Numbered from the stretch's first letter, positions 27,301 to 40,563 are shown. The stretch: 64,000 nt of DNA from the human T2T-CHM13v2.0 reference genome, Homo sapiens (GCF_009914755.1 NC_060935.1); one strand, 5' to 3'. Notes: generated from the sequence alone by a model not told the origin. Program-made: numbers and translations.

Positions 27301-30087
27301 TTGATTTCCATTTCTCTAAGGATTAGTGATGTATGTTGAGCATTTTTCCATGTATTTTTTGGCCACTTGTATGCCTTATTTTGGGAAGGTCTGCTCATGT
27401 CTTTTACTCCCTTTTTAATGAAGTTATTTGTTTTTGGTTTGTTGAATTAAGTTCATTATAGTTTCTGGATATTACACCTTTGTTGGATGCATAGTTTGTA
27501 AATATTTTCTCCCATTCTGTAGATTGTCTGTTTACTCTTTTGATAATTTCTTTTGCTATGCAGAAGCTCTTTAGTTTAATTAAGACCCAGCTGTCAATTT
27601 TTGGTTTCGTTGCAATTGCTTTTGAGGACTTAATCACACATTTTTTTTTGCCAAGGTTGATGTCCAGAATGGTGTTTCCTAGGTTTACTTCTAGCATTCT
27701 TATAGCTTGAGATCTTACCTTTAAATCTTTAATCCATCTTGAGTTAATTTCTGTAGATGGTGATATGTAGTGGTCCAGTTTCATTTTTGTGCATATGGTT
27801 AGCCAGCTTTCTCAGAACCATTTATTGAATAGGGAGTCTTTTCTCCATTGCTGGGTTTTGTCAGCTCTGTCAAAGATCAGATGGCTATAGGTGTGTAGCT
27901 TTATTTCAGGGTTCACTATTCTGATCCATTGGTATACATGTCTGTTTTTGTACCAGTACCATGCTGTTCTGGTAACTATAGCCTTATAGTATAGTTCATA
28001 GTTAGGTAATGTGATGCCTCTGGCTTTGTTCTTTTTGCTTAGGATTTCTTTGGCTATTTGGGCTCTTTTTGGGTTCCATATGAATTTTAGGGTTTTTTTT
28101 TCTAATTCTATGAAAAATGATGTTAGTAGTTTCATAGAAATAGCATTGAATCTGTGGATTTCTTTGGGCAATATGGCTATTTTAATGATATCGATTCTTC
28201 CAAGCCCTGAGCATGGAATATTTTTCCAATTGTTTCCATCATCTCTGATTTCCTTCAACAGTATTTTGTAGTTTGCCTTCTAAAGATCTTTCATCTCCTT
28301 CGTTAGATGTATTCCTAGGTCTTTTTTTTTTTTGTAGCTATTCTAGGTGGGATTATGTTTTTGACTGGGCTCTCAGCTTGAATGTTATTGGTGTATAGAA
28401 ATGATACTGAGTTTTATACATTGATTGTGTATTCTGAAACTTTACCAAAGTCATTTATAAGTTTCAGGTGCCTTTTGATAGAGTCTTTAAGATTTTCTAG
28501 TATAGCATCTATCATTGGTGAAGAGAGATAGTTATTTTCTTATTTGAATATTTTATTTACTTATTTGAATGTCTTTTATTTCTTTCTCTTGCCTGATTGC
28601 TCTGGCTAGGACTTCCGGTACTGTTTTGAATAGGAGTGATGAGAGTAGGCATCCTTCTCTTATTCCAGTTCTCAAGAGCAATGCTTCCAGCTTGTGACCA
28701 TTCAGTATGATGTTGGCTGTGAGTCTGTCATAGACAGTTGTTACTATTTTGATGTATTTTCCTTCAATGCCTAATTTGTTCAGGGTTTTTATCATGTAGA
28801 GATGTTGGATTTTATCAAAAGCTTTTTCTGAATCAATTGAGATTATCATATGATTTTGTTTTTAATTCTGTTTATGTGGTGAATCACATTTATTGATTTG
28901 CCTATGTTGACACGACCTTGCCTCCCATAAATGAAGCTCACTTGGTCATGGTGAATAACTTTTGTTGTGCTGCTGGATTCAGTTTCCTAGTATTTTGTTG
29001 AGGTTTTTTTTTTGTGTCTATAGGCATTAGAAATATTGGCCTGTAGCTGTCTTTTTTCATTGTCTCCTTGCCAGGTTTTTGTATTAGGGCGATGCAAGCT
29101 TCCTAGAAATAGTTAGAGAGGAGGCCCTCCTCCTAGATTTTTTGGAATGGTTTAGATAGAATTGGTACCAGCTCCTCTTTGTACATGTTGTAGAATTTGG
29201 CTGTGAATCCATCTGGTTCAGGGCTTTTTGGTTGGTAGGTTGTTTTATTACTGATTCAATTTCAAAACTTGATATTGGTCTGTTTAGGGTTTCAATTTCT
29301 TCCTGATTCAATCTTGGGAGGTTATGTCTTCCCAGGAATTTATCCATTTCCTATGGATTTGTATGGATAGAGATGTTTGTATGGATAGAGATGTTCATAA
29401 TAGTCTCTGAGGATCTTCTGTACTTCTGAAGGTTTGGTTGCAATGTCGTCTTTGTCATTTCTGATTTTGCTTATTTGGTTCTTCTCTTTTTTCCTTTGTT
29501 AGTGTAGCTAGCATTCTTTTGGTCTTGTTTATCCTGTCAAAGAACCAACTTTTGGTTTTGTTGATTCTTTGTATGGATTTTGGGTTCACAGTTTCATTCA
29601 GTTCTGCTCTTATTTCTTTCTTTTCTCCTGCTAGCTTTGGGGTTGGTTTGTTCTTGTTTTTCTAGCTTCGCTAGGTGATATTAATTTGAGATCCTTCTAA
29701 TTTTTTGAGGTAGGCATTTAGCACTATAAATTTTTCTTGTAACACTGATTTTGCTGTATCCAAAGATCTTGGTATGTTGTGTCTTTGTTCTCATTCATTT
29801 CAAAAAAAAATTTTTAATTTCTGTGTTAATTTCATTGCTTACCCAAAAGTCATTCAGGAGCAAGTTATTCAATTTCCATGTAATTATATGGTTTTAAGGG
29901 ATCTTTGTATTAATTCCTATTTTTATTCTACTGTGTTCTAAGAGTATGGTTGGTATTATTTTGATTTTTTAAATTTGTATTGAGACTCACTTTATGGCCA
30001 AGAATGTGGTTGGATTTCAGAGTATATTTAATGTGCAGATGAGAAGAATGTATATTCTGTGATTGATAGGTAGATTATTCTATAGAT

Positions 30088-30542
30088 CAGGCATTTTCAA
30101 CCCTGGGACTATAGACCACTACCCATCCTTGGCCTGTTAGGAACTAGGCTGTACAGCAGGAAGTGAGTGGCAGATGAAAGCATTATCACCTGTGCTCCAC
30201 CTCCTGTCAGATCAGTGGTGCCATTAGATTCTCACAGGCGCGCAAACCGTATTGCAATCTCCGCATGCGAGGGATCTAAATTGTGTGCGAACTCCACATG
30301 TGAAGGATCTAAGTTGTGCTCCACCTCCTGTCAGATCAGTGGTGGCATTAGATTCTCATAGGTGCGCAAACCCTATTGTGAACTCCACGTGCGAGGCATC
30401 TAAGTTGTGCGTTCCTTATGAGAATCTGATGCCTGATGATCTAAGGTGGAACAGTTTCATCCTGAAACCATCACACACAGGTCCATGGAAAAATTGTCTT
30501 CCACAAAATTGATCCCTGGTGCCAAAAAGTTTGGGACCACTG
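30088..30542 (+). mobile_element. MER1B-like hAT (Charlie) DNA transposon with internal duplication
   Basis: cagg...ctg termini. 8-bp TSD ctatagat 30080-30087 / 30543-30550. Confidence 0.92.
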
Positions 30543-31498
30543 CTATAGATGACTATTAGGTCCAATTTGTTAAGTGTCAAACTTAAATCCAGAATACCTT
30601 TGCTAGTTTTCTGCCTCAGTGATCTGTGTAACTCTGTCAGTGGGGTGTTGAAGTCTTCTACTACTATTGAGTGGCTGTCTAAGCCTTCTCATAGGTCTAG
30701 AAGTACTTATATTATGAAACTGGGTGCTCCATTATTGGGTGCATATATATTTAGGATAGTTAAGTCTTCTGGTTAGATTAAACCCTTTATCATTATGCAA
30801 TGCCCGTTTTTGTTCTTTTTTACTGTTGTTGGCTTAAAGTCTGTTTTATCTGTCATAAGAATAGTGACCCCTGCTCTTTGTCTATTTGTATTATAGATCT
30901 TTCTTCAACCCTTTACATTGAGCCTATAGGTGTTATTCTATGTGAGATGCATTTCTTGAAGACAGTAGATAGATGGGTTTGGTTTTTTTTTAATCCAACT
31001 TACCACTCCGTGCTTTTTAAGTGGGATGGTTAGACTGTTTACATTCAAAGATAATATTGATATGCGAGATTTTTATCCTATCCTGAAGTTGTTAGCTGGT
31101 TTCTATTGTGTGGTTGCTTTATAGGATCTTGGGCTATGTACTTAACTGTGTTTTTGTGGTAGCAGGTATTGTTTCTTTGTTTCCATGTTTAGAACTCCCT
31201 TAAGGATCTATTGTAAGGCTGGTTTAGAGGTAACAAATTCCTTTAGTGCTTGCTTGTCTCAAAAAAAACACATATTTTTGCTTTGCATATGAAGCTTAGT
31301 TTGGCAGGATATTAGATTCCTGGTTGGAATTTCTTTCTTTTTTTTTTTTTTTTCAAGAATGCCGAAAATAAGCTGCCCATCTCTCGTGGTTTGTAGATTT
31401 CTGCTAAGAAGTCCACTGTTAGCCTGTTGGGGTTTCCTTTGCATTATTTGATCCTTTCTCTTTAGCTGTCTTTAAAATTTTTCTGTAGTGTCGACTTT

Positions 31499-31898
31499 GG
31501 TTAAATTAGGTTTAGCCTAAAGCTGCCTTTTTATGCATTTTAAGTTCAGCCAACTACTTTTTCTGTATATAGTGAACTATAACCTAAATGGAGGTATAAA
31601 CAGACTAACCTACTTTTGTGCCAATCACTGAGTTTTGGCCAATCGAAGGAGGCCATCTGTTCAAACTGTGTTCAAATAAGGCAAACAACAAGCTGTAACT
31701 AATAGGCTGTTTCTATACTTCACTTCCATTTTCCATACATCACTTTTCTTTTTCTGTCTATAAATCTTCTTCCACCATGTGGCTGTGCTGGAGTCTCTCT
31801 GAGCCTATTCTGGCTTGGGAGGCTGCCCAATTCATAAATCATTCCTTGTTCAACTAAACCCTGTTAAATTTAATTTGGCTAAGGTTTTTATTTTAACA
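31499..31898 (+). mobile_element. MER57-family solo LTR (ERV1)
   Basis: gttaaattaggtttagcctaaagctgcc...ttttaaca, with CCAAT boxes and tataaa at about 31759. Degenerate 4-bp TSD cttt / cctt. Confidence 0.9.
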
Positions 31899-32487
31899 CC
31901 TTGGATAATCTGGTGGCAATATGCCTTGGTGATGTTTGTTTTGTATAATATCTTGCAGATGTCCTCTGGATCTCTTGCATCTGAATATCTACCTCTCTAG
32001 CAAGATTAGGAAAATTTTCTTGAGTTATTCCCTGAAGGATGTTTTCCATAGTGTTTACTATTCCTCCTTCTATCTCAAGAATGCCAATAATTTGTAGGTT
32101 TGGTCACTTTACATAATTCCATATTTCTCAATGACAGTTCATTTTTTAATATTCTTTTTTAAATTCTTTATTTTTGTGTCACTATGTTAGTTTGAAACAG
32201 CCATCTTCAAGTTTTGAAATTGTTTCTTCTGCTTGGTCCAGTCTATTGGTAAAGCTTTCAATTGTATTTTAAAATTCCTAAGATGAGTTTTTCAATTCCA
32301 GAAGTTCTGACTGATTTCTTTTTAAGATGTTTATCTCTTCCTTCATTTCCTGGATTGCTTTAGAAGTTCTTTCTTGATTTTAAACCTGTCTTGGATCTCA
32401 TTGAGCATCTTTGCAACCATGCTTTGTATTCTTTGCCTGTTATTTCTGCATTTGCATTTTGTTTAAGAACCATTGTTGGAGAGCTAG

Positions 32488-32840
<353 letters not shown>

Positions 32841-33349
32841 TAGGGTGTCATAATTCTTATACTGGTTCCTTCTCATCTGGAAATGCTGACACCTCCAACT
32901 TTTGCAATTATTTTTTATTTTGATTTTTTGTTTTTCTTTTTTTCCTATAATCTTTTTCCTTTTACCTTCCTAAGGAATTCCCCCCAATTCCTTAGGGGGT
33001 GTAACTGTAGAGAATGCTGAGTAGAATCTTTTGGCTTTGCTTTTATAGCTAACACTGTGCAATTTTGTTGGCAAATTTTATATTAGGCTGTGTGGTTCAA
33101 CCTATGAGTCAATAGGTGGCACTCGTGGGTAAAAGCTAGGTATATACTGGATCCTTGTTTACTAGGAGAAGCTCTCTGTTGCCTCAGGCAATGGGCTGAT
33201 TCTTGGGGTGAACAGTAGTCAGAGCTCCCTGCTCAGCTCTGCGGTTTGGGGGCAAGATGGGTGAAGTCAGACTGGGCATGCCCACCTGAAGTTCCCCCAT
33301 TGACAGGCACAAGCACCAGCACCAAGGGAAAATCCAGTGGCTAGCCACC

Positions 33350-34030
33350 TAGCACCCAGAGTAGTGCGTAGGCAAGGAGATGGGAAACCTCTTTGGCCCC
33401 AAGTCCTCTGCACAGGGAAGAGGGTTGCCTAAAATCCTAAACCAGGAGAGTGGGTGCTCCAGATGCCTGGACATCTGCTAGACATGGGGCAGAGAGGGCC
33501 CTGCTGCATCAAGATCTCTTCATAGAAGGGGTGAGACAGCTCAGGCTGCTGATTCAGGTGAACAGGCATTCCAAATGCCTGGAGATCTATCTGAACATGG
33601 GGCTGAGAGGACCCCACTGCACCATGATCTCTCTGCAGGAAGGGTAGGGCAGCTCAGGCTGCCAATCAAGGTGAGCAGGTGTCTGAAAATTTGCCTGATT
33701 GTGGAGCAGAGAGGACCTGGTGCACCAGCCTCTGCACAGAATAGTGGGATGGGTCAGGCCTTGGAACCAGGCAAGTGTGTGCTTCAACTGCCTGGAGATC
33801 TGCCTAGTCATGAAGCAGAGACGGTCCCCTTGCACCCAAATTGCTGCATAGGAAGGGTGGGGCAGCTCAAGCTGCTGATCCAGGTAAGTGTGTGCTCCAA
33901 ATGTCTGGAGATCTGCCTGGGTGTAAACCAGAGAGGGCCCCATTACACCTGGATCTCTGGACAGGAAGGATGGGATGGCTCAAGCTACCAATCTGGGTAA
34001 GAAAATATTCCAAATGCCTAGAGAGTTGGG
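33350..34030 (-). repeat. Tandem array of about 110-bp degenerate monomers in the L1 5'UTR
   Basis: Recurring ccaaatgcctggagatctgcct...cagagagg...ggaagggtggggcagctcaggctg, at about 33459, 33571, 33679, 33785, 33897 and 34010. Confidence 0.85.
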
Positions 34031-35559
34031 CCTAAATCAAAGGTAAGGACTCCTGCTAAGATCAGTGACAGAAGCAAATTAAAGCTGGTATTTTGTCAAG
34101 CTGCATTTTTAACTCATAAATGCTGTTGATTTTGAAGGAGTAGCCAAAAGTGCTAGAGTGAGCTTGACCTATTTGTCATTGTCGTGTGGGCAGAAAACAA
34201 ACAAACAAACAAACAAACACTGGGCATATTATCAGAAACCCTCAGTTAATTTTTTATTCTTGCCTCTTACTTGCCTGTAACTGAAGCTTATCCTCTCTGT
34301 GAGTTTCTAAGTTTCATCATCTGTAAATGGAGAGAATAATATCCCCACCTCTCAGAATTTATGTGTAAGTTTAAACAAAATAAGGTATATAAAGTGGCTA
34401 TGATAGTGGCTGGCTCTGAGTAATAAGCAGAAACTATAATAATGACTGCTATCATGTGAGAGTTCCAGGCACAGTATACTTTACATGTGTTTGTACTTAA
34501 GGAGGGTGGACAGTCCAGCTCCAGGTTGAATTCTAGGTAAGCCTGATTCTGCAGAGGATACTAGCTCAGGGTTAACCAACTGAGAGATTCATCTCAGTTG
34601 GTTGTTGATCATGCTACAGGGCATAAAACATGTATAGAGGATAGAGGATTTCAAAAACTGAATGCTGTTCTCACCTATGCCATCACCAGTTATAGAGCAA
34701 TGATTAGATGTCAGATGCCTTAAATGCATTGCTGCACTTAATCTTCTCCACAATTGTAGGAGGTAGATGTTATTGTCCCCATTTTACAGATTGAGGAAAT
34801 ATGTTCAAAGAAGTTAAGTAATGTGCGCAAAACCACATGAATATGGCAAAACAAAGACTTTAAACTGGTCTGTTGACTGCCAGCCCCATGCTCTTCCTGT
34901 CCTTGCTGTTTTTTTCACAGAGTGTTGCCCCACAATTTGTGGGATGCACAGCCCTTTATGTACATGATACTCTTTGATTCTGCCAAATTTCCTATGAAAT
35001 AACCAAATAAAGAAACTGAGACTCTGGACATTTAAGTAGCTTTCTTAAGGTCACAAAACCAGTAAACAGCAGTTCAGGAACCCAAACTTCTGTCTTCTGA
35101 CTCATATTCACTATGCTTTCCTACAAAGGAGTAACCACCCTCTGGCCAGACTAAACAGAATAGAAATATTAAGGAAAAAACTACTTCTCCAACTTAGTGT
35201 TATCAATTTATATGAAACTTCCTTCCGGTGCAGTAGTTATAGGAGCTATTCTTATGTGAGGAAAAGATTATTACATATTATATATTAATTTCTTCCCAAC
35301 TTTCTCTTAGGATTAGAAGAACCTAAATAATATATGCAAAACCATGCATTTGCCAAAGAGCACACCTGTGATTGAAGGAATCTGCTAGTAAATCATGAAG
35401 CTGTAATATTTTAAGGTGATATTTTATTTATTCAGAAGATGAAACTTTGTTAAAACTATGGAGATTTGTATAAAAATGTAAATATGTGTTAAATGCAATG
35501 TTAGCCAGCTGTATTATGTCAAGTAAATTGTAAATGTCTAATATTCAAAAACAGCACCT

Positions 35560-36600
35560 ATTCCATTTGTTTGAAAAGTCTACTGAGCATTTATTGAGAT
35601 GGTCATTGTCTTAGGCAGTGGGATACAAGGGTGAATAAGTCATGGTTGCACCTTCAAGGAGTTTCTGGCCCAGTGAGGAAAAATGACTTATAAATAAATG
35701 AGTGTAATAAAGTATGTGTTTCATTTGCCTTCATTATCATACTAGAAAGAGGTACACAATGTATGAAACAGCCAGTTTTATGCAAAGATACAAGTAGACT
35801 TCAGAAAATAAGCGATGCTCAAGCTGAATCTTGAAAAGGGGATAGGTATCGCCAGGTGGACAAGGAACTACAGGTGGCTATGGGTGGGTCAAAGAGCATT
35901 ATATCCTCTTTTTTCCTGAGTACTGCAAATGGTGTCATGAGAATGTAGTTTAGGAACAAAGTGAAGCATGTGTGGTAAGGTGATATAAAGTTATATTTAA
36001 AAAAACTATAGTGACAGCAATAAAGATAAACAGATGAGCATGTGTCTGTGAGAGGAAGGGGACATAAAGTTTGAGGCCTGACTATATGTGAAGGACAAAA
36101 GGGAAAGCTTTCTGCTTTGGTGGCTTGAGGATGGATATAACTGAGATAGGGAATAAAGGAGGAATATATTTATGGGATAGGGCATCAAGTTCTCTCCAGG
36201 ATGATGGGCTTCAGAGGCTATGTGAAATCCATATGAGGAAGGGAAGTAGGCAGCCAGATAAATGTAACAGGATCTCAGAAGATAGGTCCAGACTGGAGAT
36301 ACAGCATCATATTTGATGGTTGATAAAATCTCTTGATAGATAACTTTGCCCAGAGAGGGTAGAGAGAGTGAAAAGGGAAAAAGAGCTGAGGACAGAGTAC
36401 TAAGTACCAATACTAAAGAAAAGGCATAGGAGTCAGAAAGATGAAAAGAAACCCTGGAAGAAGGTGAAAAGGAAAGGTCATATAGGTAAAAGAAAACCAA
36501 AAGAAAGCAGTGTCTTAAAAGCCAACAGAGAAAAGAGTTTTAAGAAAAAAGAAGGAGCAGTCAGCAGTTCGAAATTTCAGAGCAAGCTTAAAGAAGAAAG
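35560..36600 (+). mobile_element. L2-derived sequence
   Basis: L2-type motifs (gggatacaagggtgaataagtcatgg...ttcaagga; agctgaatcttgaa; gagctgaggacagag). Highly diverged, and the strand label is tentative. Confidence 0.6.
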
Positions 36601-37389
36601 GAACTAGGAAGAGGAAACAAGACTTGCACAGAATACAATTTAAAATTCCATGTAATAGTCAGACAAAAGATGATGAGAATCTTCACTAGGACAAGAATAA
36701 AGGAATGATGAGGATGTAAGAAATGGAAGGGAAGTTGAGGAGTAATAACATGCCTTGAATTCTTATTGGATATGAGGGTTATGTAAAGGTACAGCCAAGG
36801 ATGATCCTACCAACATTTGTGGGCTATGTGACACAACTCACCAAAATAAGAAATACTGAAGGAGCTGGTCTGGTGACAAACATCAGCTGAGTGTTGGATG
36901 CTTTTTTTTTTAAGTTCCTGGGGTACACCCAGGATAGCTTCTATAGAAATAAAAAGTGGAAGGGTATTGAAAAGAAAAGAAGTAGCTGTAATGATGTACC
37001 ACTGGTCTAAGGTAACTAAAGAAAGAATTGAAGTCACGAAAGAAAATACTGGAGGAAAAAAAAGCAAAAGAAAGAAACTGAAACCCCAAGAGAGAATAAA
37101 AAACTAGAGTGATAAGGTAGCATCATTGCAGTTTAACATTTCAAGAGTTGTAGTTATACCTGTAATCACTGCCATATGACTTTGGGAGTGAAATAGGTGG
37201 AATAAAGGAAAAATTTATTGGGGTCCATAAGAACAGGAAGATTTGAGGCTAAAATGGATCACCCACTTGGGTATGGAAATTATGTAGGATGACAACAGGA
37301 ATTGGAATAGAAGTGAAAATAATGCCTGGGAGCAAATGTTCCTGATGAATATGAGGGAGTGACTGGGATTTCAGGAAATAGGAGCCACC

Positions 37390-37422
37390 CAGAGACAGAC
37401 AGAGAGAGAGAGAGAGAGAGAT

Positions 37423-37496
<74 letters not shown>
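37390..37496. repeat. Compound microsatellite (AG)n-(GATA)10(GACA)8
   Basis: Directly counted: GATA 37425-37464, GACA 37465-37496. Confidence 0.97.
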
Positions 37497-37497
<1 letters not shown>

Positions 37498-39005
37498 CCA
37501 CTATCATGAGCTTCATATATGGAGGTGTTTTATGAAAGGTGGGAAGTAAGAGTGGTGGTTTGTATGTGACAATGAGAAAAAGAATAATGTTGACAGAGGC
37601 TCCAAGAATTTTAGGCACATGACTTAAGAGAACAGTCTCTGCTTAAGGGAATTGGAAAAAAAAAAATTGTATCCATGCAGAAACACCAGAGTTCTGATCA
37701 TAGTTTGAGAGTAAAGGTCCTATGGAAAGGACAGAGGAATAAAACCAGAAGAGAACAAGCACTAAGCAGAATAAGGATGGCAGTACTTTTAAAAGTAAGC
37801 TGAAGATGGAGGCCCTTACCTTTCACTCACATGTCTATGATGATAGGATGAAAGTCACCTTTGAAATTATTGGTGTCAGACTTCAGAATCGGAATGGAGT
37901 GTCAGAGGTCTGATGAGGCTGAATCTTTAACTTACATGAGGTATTGTTTAGGTACTTCTAAAAGGAATCTGTGGTGACAGGGAGGACACATTCTCTGGTC
38001 TCTGCCTTTAAGGAGCTCCCGATGTAGGAGGAAAGGCCATCTCAGAAGCAAATACTCATTTACATGGTAGAAAGATGTAATTTCTCTGATAGATTTAGGA
38101 ATCCTGTCCTGATCTAGTTTCTGCTAGAAATGTTCTCTAGTGCAACTTTTATAGTCCTTTCCTTTTAAAGTTGTTTATGTGAGTGCTACCTTGCCTGAGC
38201 AACAAGGTAAGAAGTGGGGTGGATAAAGTAGCATGGGGCAGGGCCCTGGTGGTAAAACACAACTGGTAACTCACCAGAAGACATTCACTACCTCAGGTAT
38301 GCAGTTTATCCAGAATGACAGCAAAAATTGGTACAGAGATAAAAAATATGACCAGGTGCAAAAGTCTTTGATGACCTAAAGTTCAAGGACTTTTTATTGT
38401 CTTTCCTTGGAAAAGAGTAATATCACTTAGGGTTACTTTCATGGTAGTAGAGTGGGAGGTTGCAGTTTTCTTGTTTTTATATGAATTATCTCATCTAATC
38501 TTCAAACCAGCCCTGCAATGTACGTTGGCAATAATTTTTGGAATATCAGGTTCCGCAAAAACTATTTCAAGTCATTAGCCATCTGTAGGATTAAGGTGAA
38601 GTATAGAGAGAACCCGTATAAAAATAAATGTTCCACATTGTTAGAATCAGGTATCTACCATGTACATTACAGGGCTGCTTTGAGGATTCGATGGATAATT
38701 CATATAAAAATTCTTAGCATGATGCAAGACACATGGTAGATACCTGAATCTAACAATGTGGAACATTTATTTTTATATGTGTTCTCTCTATATGTCATCT
38801 TAATCCTACAGATGGCTAATGACTTGAAATGGCTTTTGTGGAACCTGATATTCCAAAAATTATTGCCCATTCAGTTGTCTTTTAACTGGTCCCGATTAAT
38901 CCTCATCTCTCTATATATTAATTTTGAAACTTTCATTCTCTGTAGGTAAGCATTGCATCATTCATTCCAAAAATTAGCATATAAATGCTAGCATATATAA
39001 CACAG

Positions 39006-40563
39006 TGAGAGGTGACAGCGTGCTGGCAGTCCTCACAACCCTAGCTCGCTCTCGGCACTTCCTCTGCCTGGGTTCCCACTTTGGCGGCACTTGAGGAGCC
39101 CTTCGGCCCACCGCTGCACTGTGGGAGCCCCTTTCTGGGCTGGCCAAGGCCAGAGCCTGCTCCCTCAGCTTGCAGGGAGGTGTGGAGGGAGAGGCGCCAG
39201 CAGGAACTGGGGCTGCCCACAGCGCTTGCGGGCCAGCTGGAGTTCTGGGTGGGCGTGGGCTTGGCGGGCCCGCACTCGGAGCGGCCGGCCGGCCCTGCGG
39301 GCCCCGGGCAGTGAGGGGCTTAGCACCTGGGCCAGTGGCTGCGGAGGGTGTACTGGGTCCCCCAGCAGTGCCAGCCCACCGGTGCTGCACTCGATTTCTC
39401 GCCAGGCCTTAGCTGCCTTCCCACAGGGCAGGCCTCGGGACTGCAGCCGGCCATGCCTGAGCCTTCCCCCGCCTCCGTGGGTTCCTGTGCAACCCAAGCC
39501 TCTCCGACGAGCACCACCCCCTGCTCCACGGCGCCCAGTCCCACTGACCACCCAAGGGCTGAGGAATGCGAGCGCACGGTGCAGGACTGGCAGGTAGCTC
39601 CACCTGCAGACCCGGTGCGGGATCCACTAGGTGAAGCCAGCTGGCCTCCTGAGTCTGGTGGGGACATGGAGAGTCTTTATATGTAGCTCAGGGATTGTAA
39701 ATACACCAATCAGCACCCTGTGTTTAGCTCAAGGTTTGTGAGTGCACCAGTCGACACTCTGTATCTAGCTGCTCTGGTGAGGAGGTAGAGAACCTTTATG
39801 TCTAGCTCAGGGATTGTAAATACACCAATCGGCACTCTGGATCTAGCTCAAGGTTTGTAAACACGCCAATCAGCATCCTGCGTTTAGCTCAAGGTTTGTG
39901 AATGCACCAATCGACACTCTGTATCTAGCTGCTCTGGTGGGGCCTTGGAGAACCTGTGTGTCAAAACTCTGTATCTAACTAATCTGATGGGGACGTGGAG
40001 AACCTTTGTATCTAGCTCAGGGATTGTAAATGCACCAATTAGCACCCTGACAAAACAGGCCACTCGGCTCTACCAATCAGCAGGATGTGGGTGGGGCCAG
40101 ATAAGAGAATAAAAGCAGGCTGCCCTAGCCAGCATTGACAACCCGCTCGGGTCCCCTTCCACAGTGTGGAAGCTTTGTTCTTTCGCTTTTTGCAATAAAT
40201 CTTGCTACTGCTCACTCTTTGGGTCCAGACAGCTTTTATGAGCTGTAACACTCATAAAAGTGTTACAGCGAAGATCTGCAGCTTCACTCCTGAGCCCAGC
40301 GAGACCATGAGCCCACCGGGAGGAAGGAACAACTCCAGACGTGCTGCCTTAAGAGCTGTAACACTCACCGCGAAGGTCTGCAGCTTCACTCCTGAGCCAG
40401 CGAGACCACAAACCCACCAGAAGGAAGAAACTCCGAACACATCTGAACATCAGAAGGGACAGACTGCAGACGCGCCACGTTAAGAGCTGTAACACTCACT
40501 GCGAGGGTCCGCGGCTTCATTCTTTAAGTCAGTGAGACCAAGAACCCACCAATTCCGGACACA
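39006..40563 (+). mobile_element. LTR12C-like (ERV9) solo LTR, full length
   Basis: tgagaggtgacagcgtgctggc...aattccggacaca. 4-bp TSD acag 39002-39005 / 40564-40567. CpG-rich 5' U3, tandem U3 enhancer repeats and U5 repeats. Confidence 0.97.
39690..40200 (+). promoter_or_regulatory. LTR12 enhancer/promoter: NF-Y CCAAT array, GATA site, AATAAA-type TATA, poly(A) signal
   Basis: CCAAT at 39706, 39825, 39866, 39907, 40035 and 40073; agataa 40099-40104; aataaa 40108-40113 (TATA-like) and 40194-40199 (poly(A) signal). Confidence 0.75.

Noticed and set aside
33350-34030. Regularly spaced repeats as a CRISPR-like array or repeat-protein exon
   Set aside because: The whole units are homologous and diverged, with no unique spacers and no cas genes. 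The array sits at an L1 5' end in primate DNA.
35285-35420. Acceptor-like ttctcttag at 35310 and similar sites at 42979 and 59539
   Set aside because: The sequence after 35310 contains stop codons, none of the sites has a convincing donor, and such sites are frequent by chance in AT-rich DNA.
36006-36500. 164-aa hydrophobic ORF
   Set aside because: Antisense reading of purine-rich, L2-like sequence with no recognisable domain or splice structure.
38974-39686. Cluster of overlapping GC-rich ORFs resembling a CpG-island first exon
   Set aside because: All lie within LTR12C U3, where high GC content suppresses stop codons.
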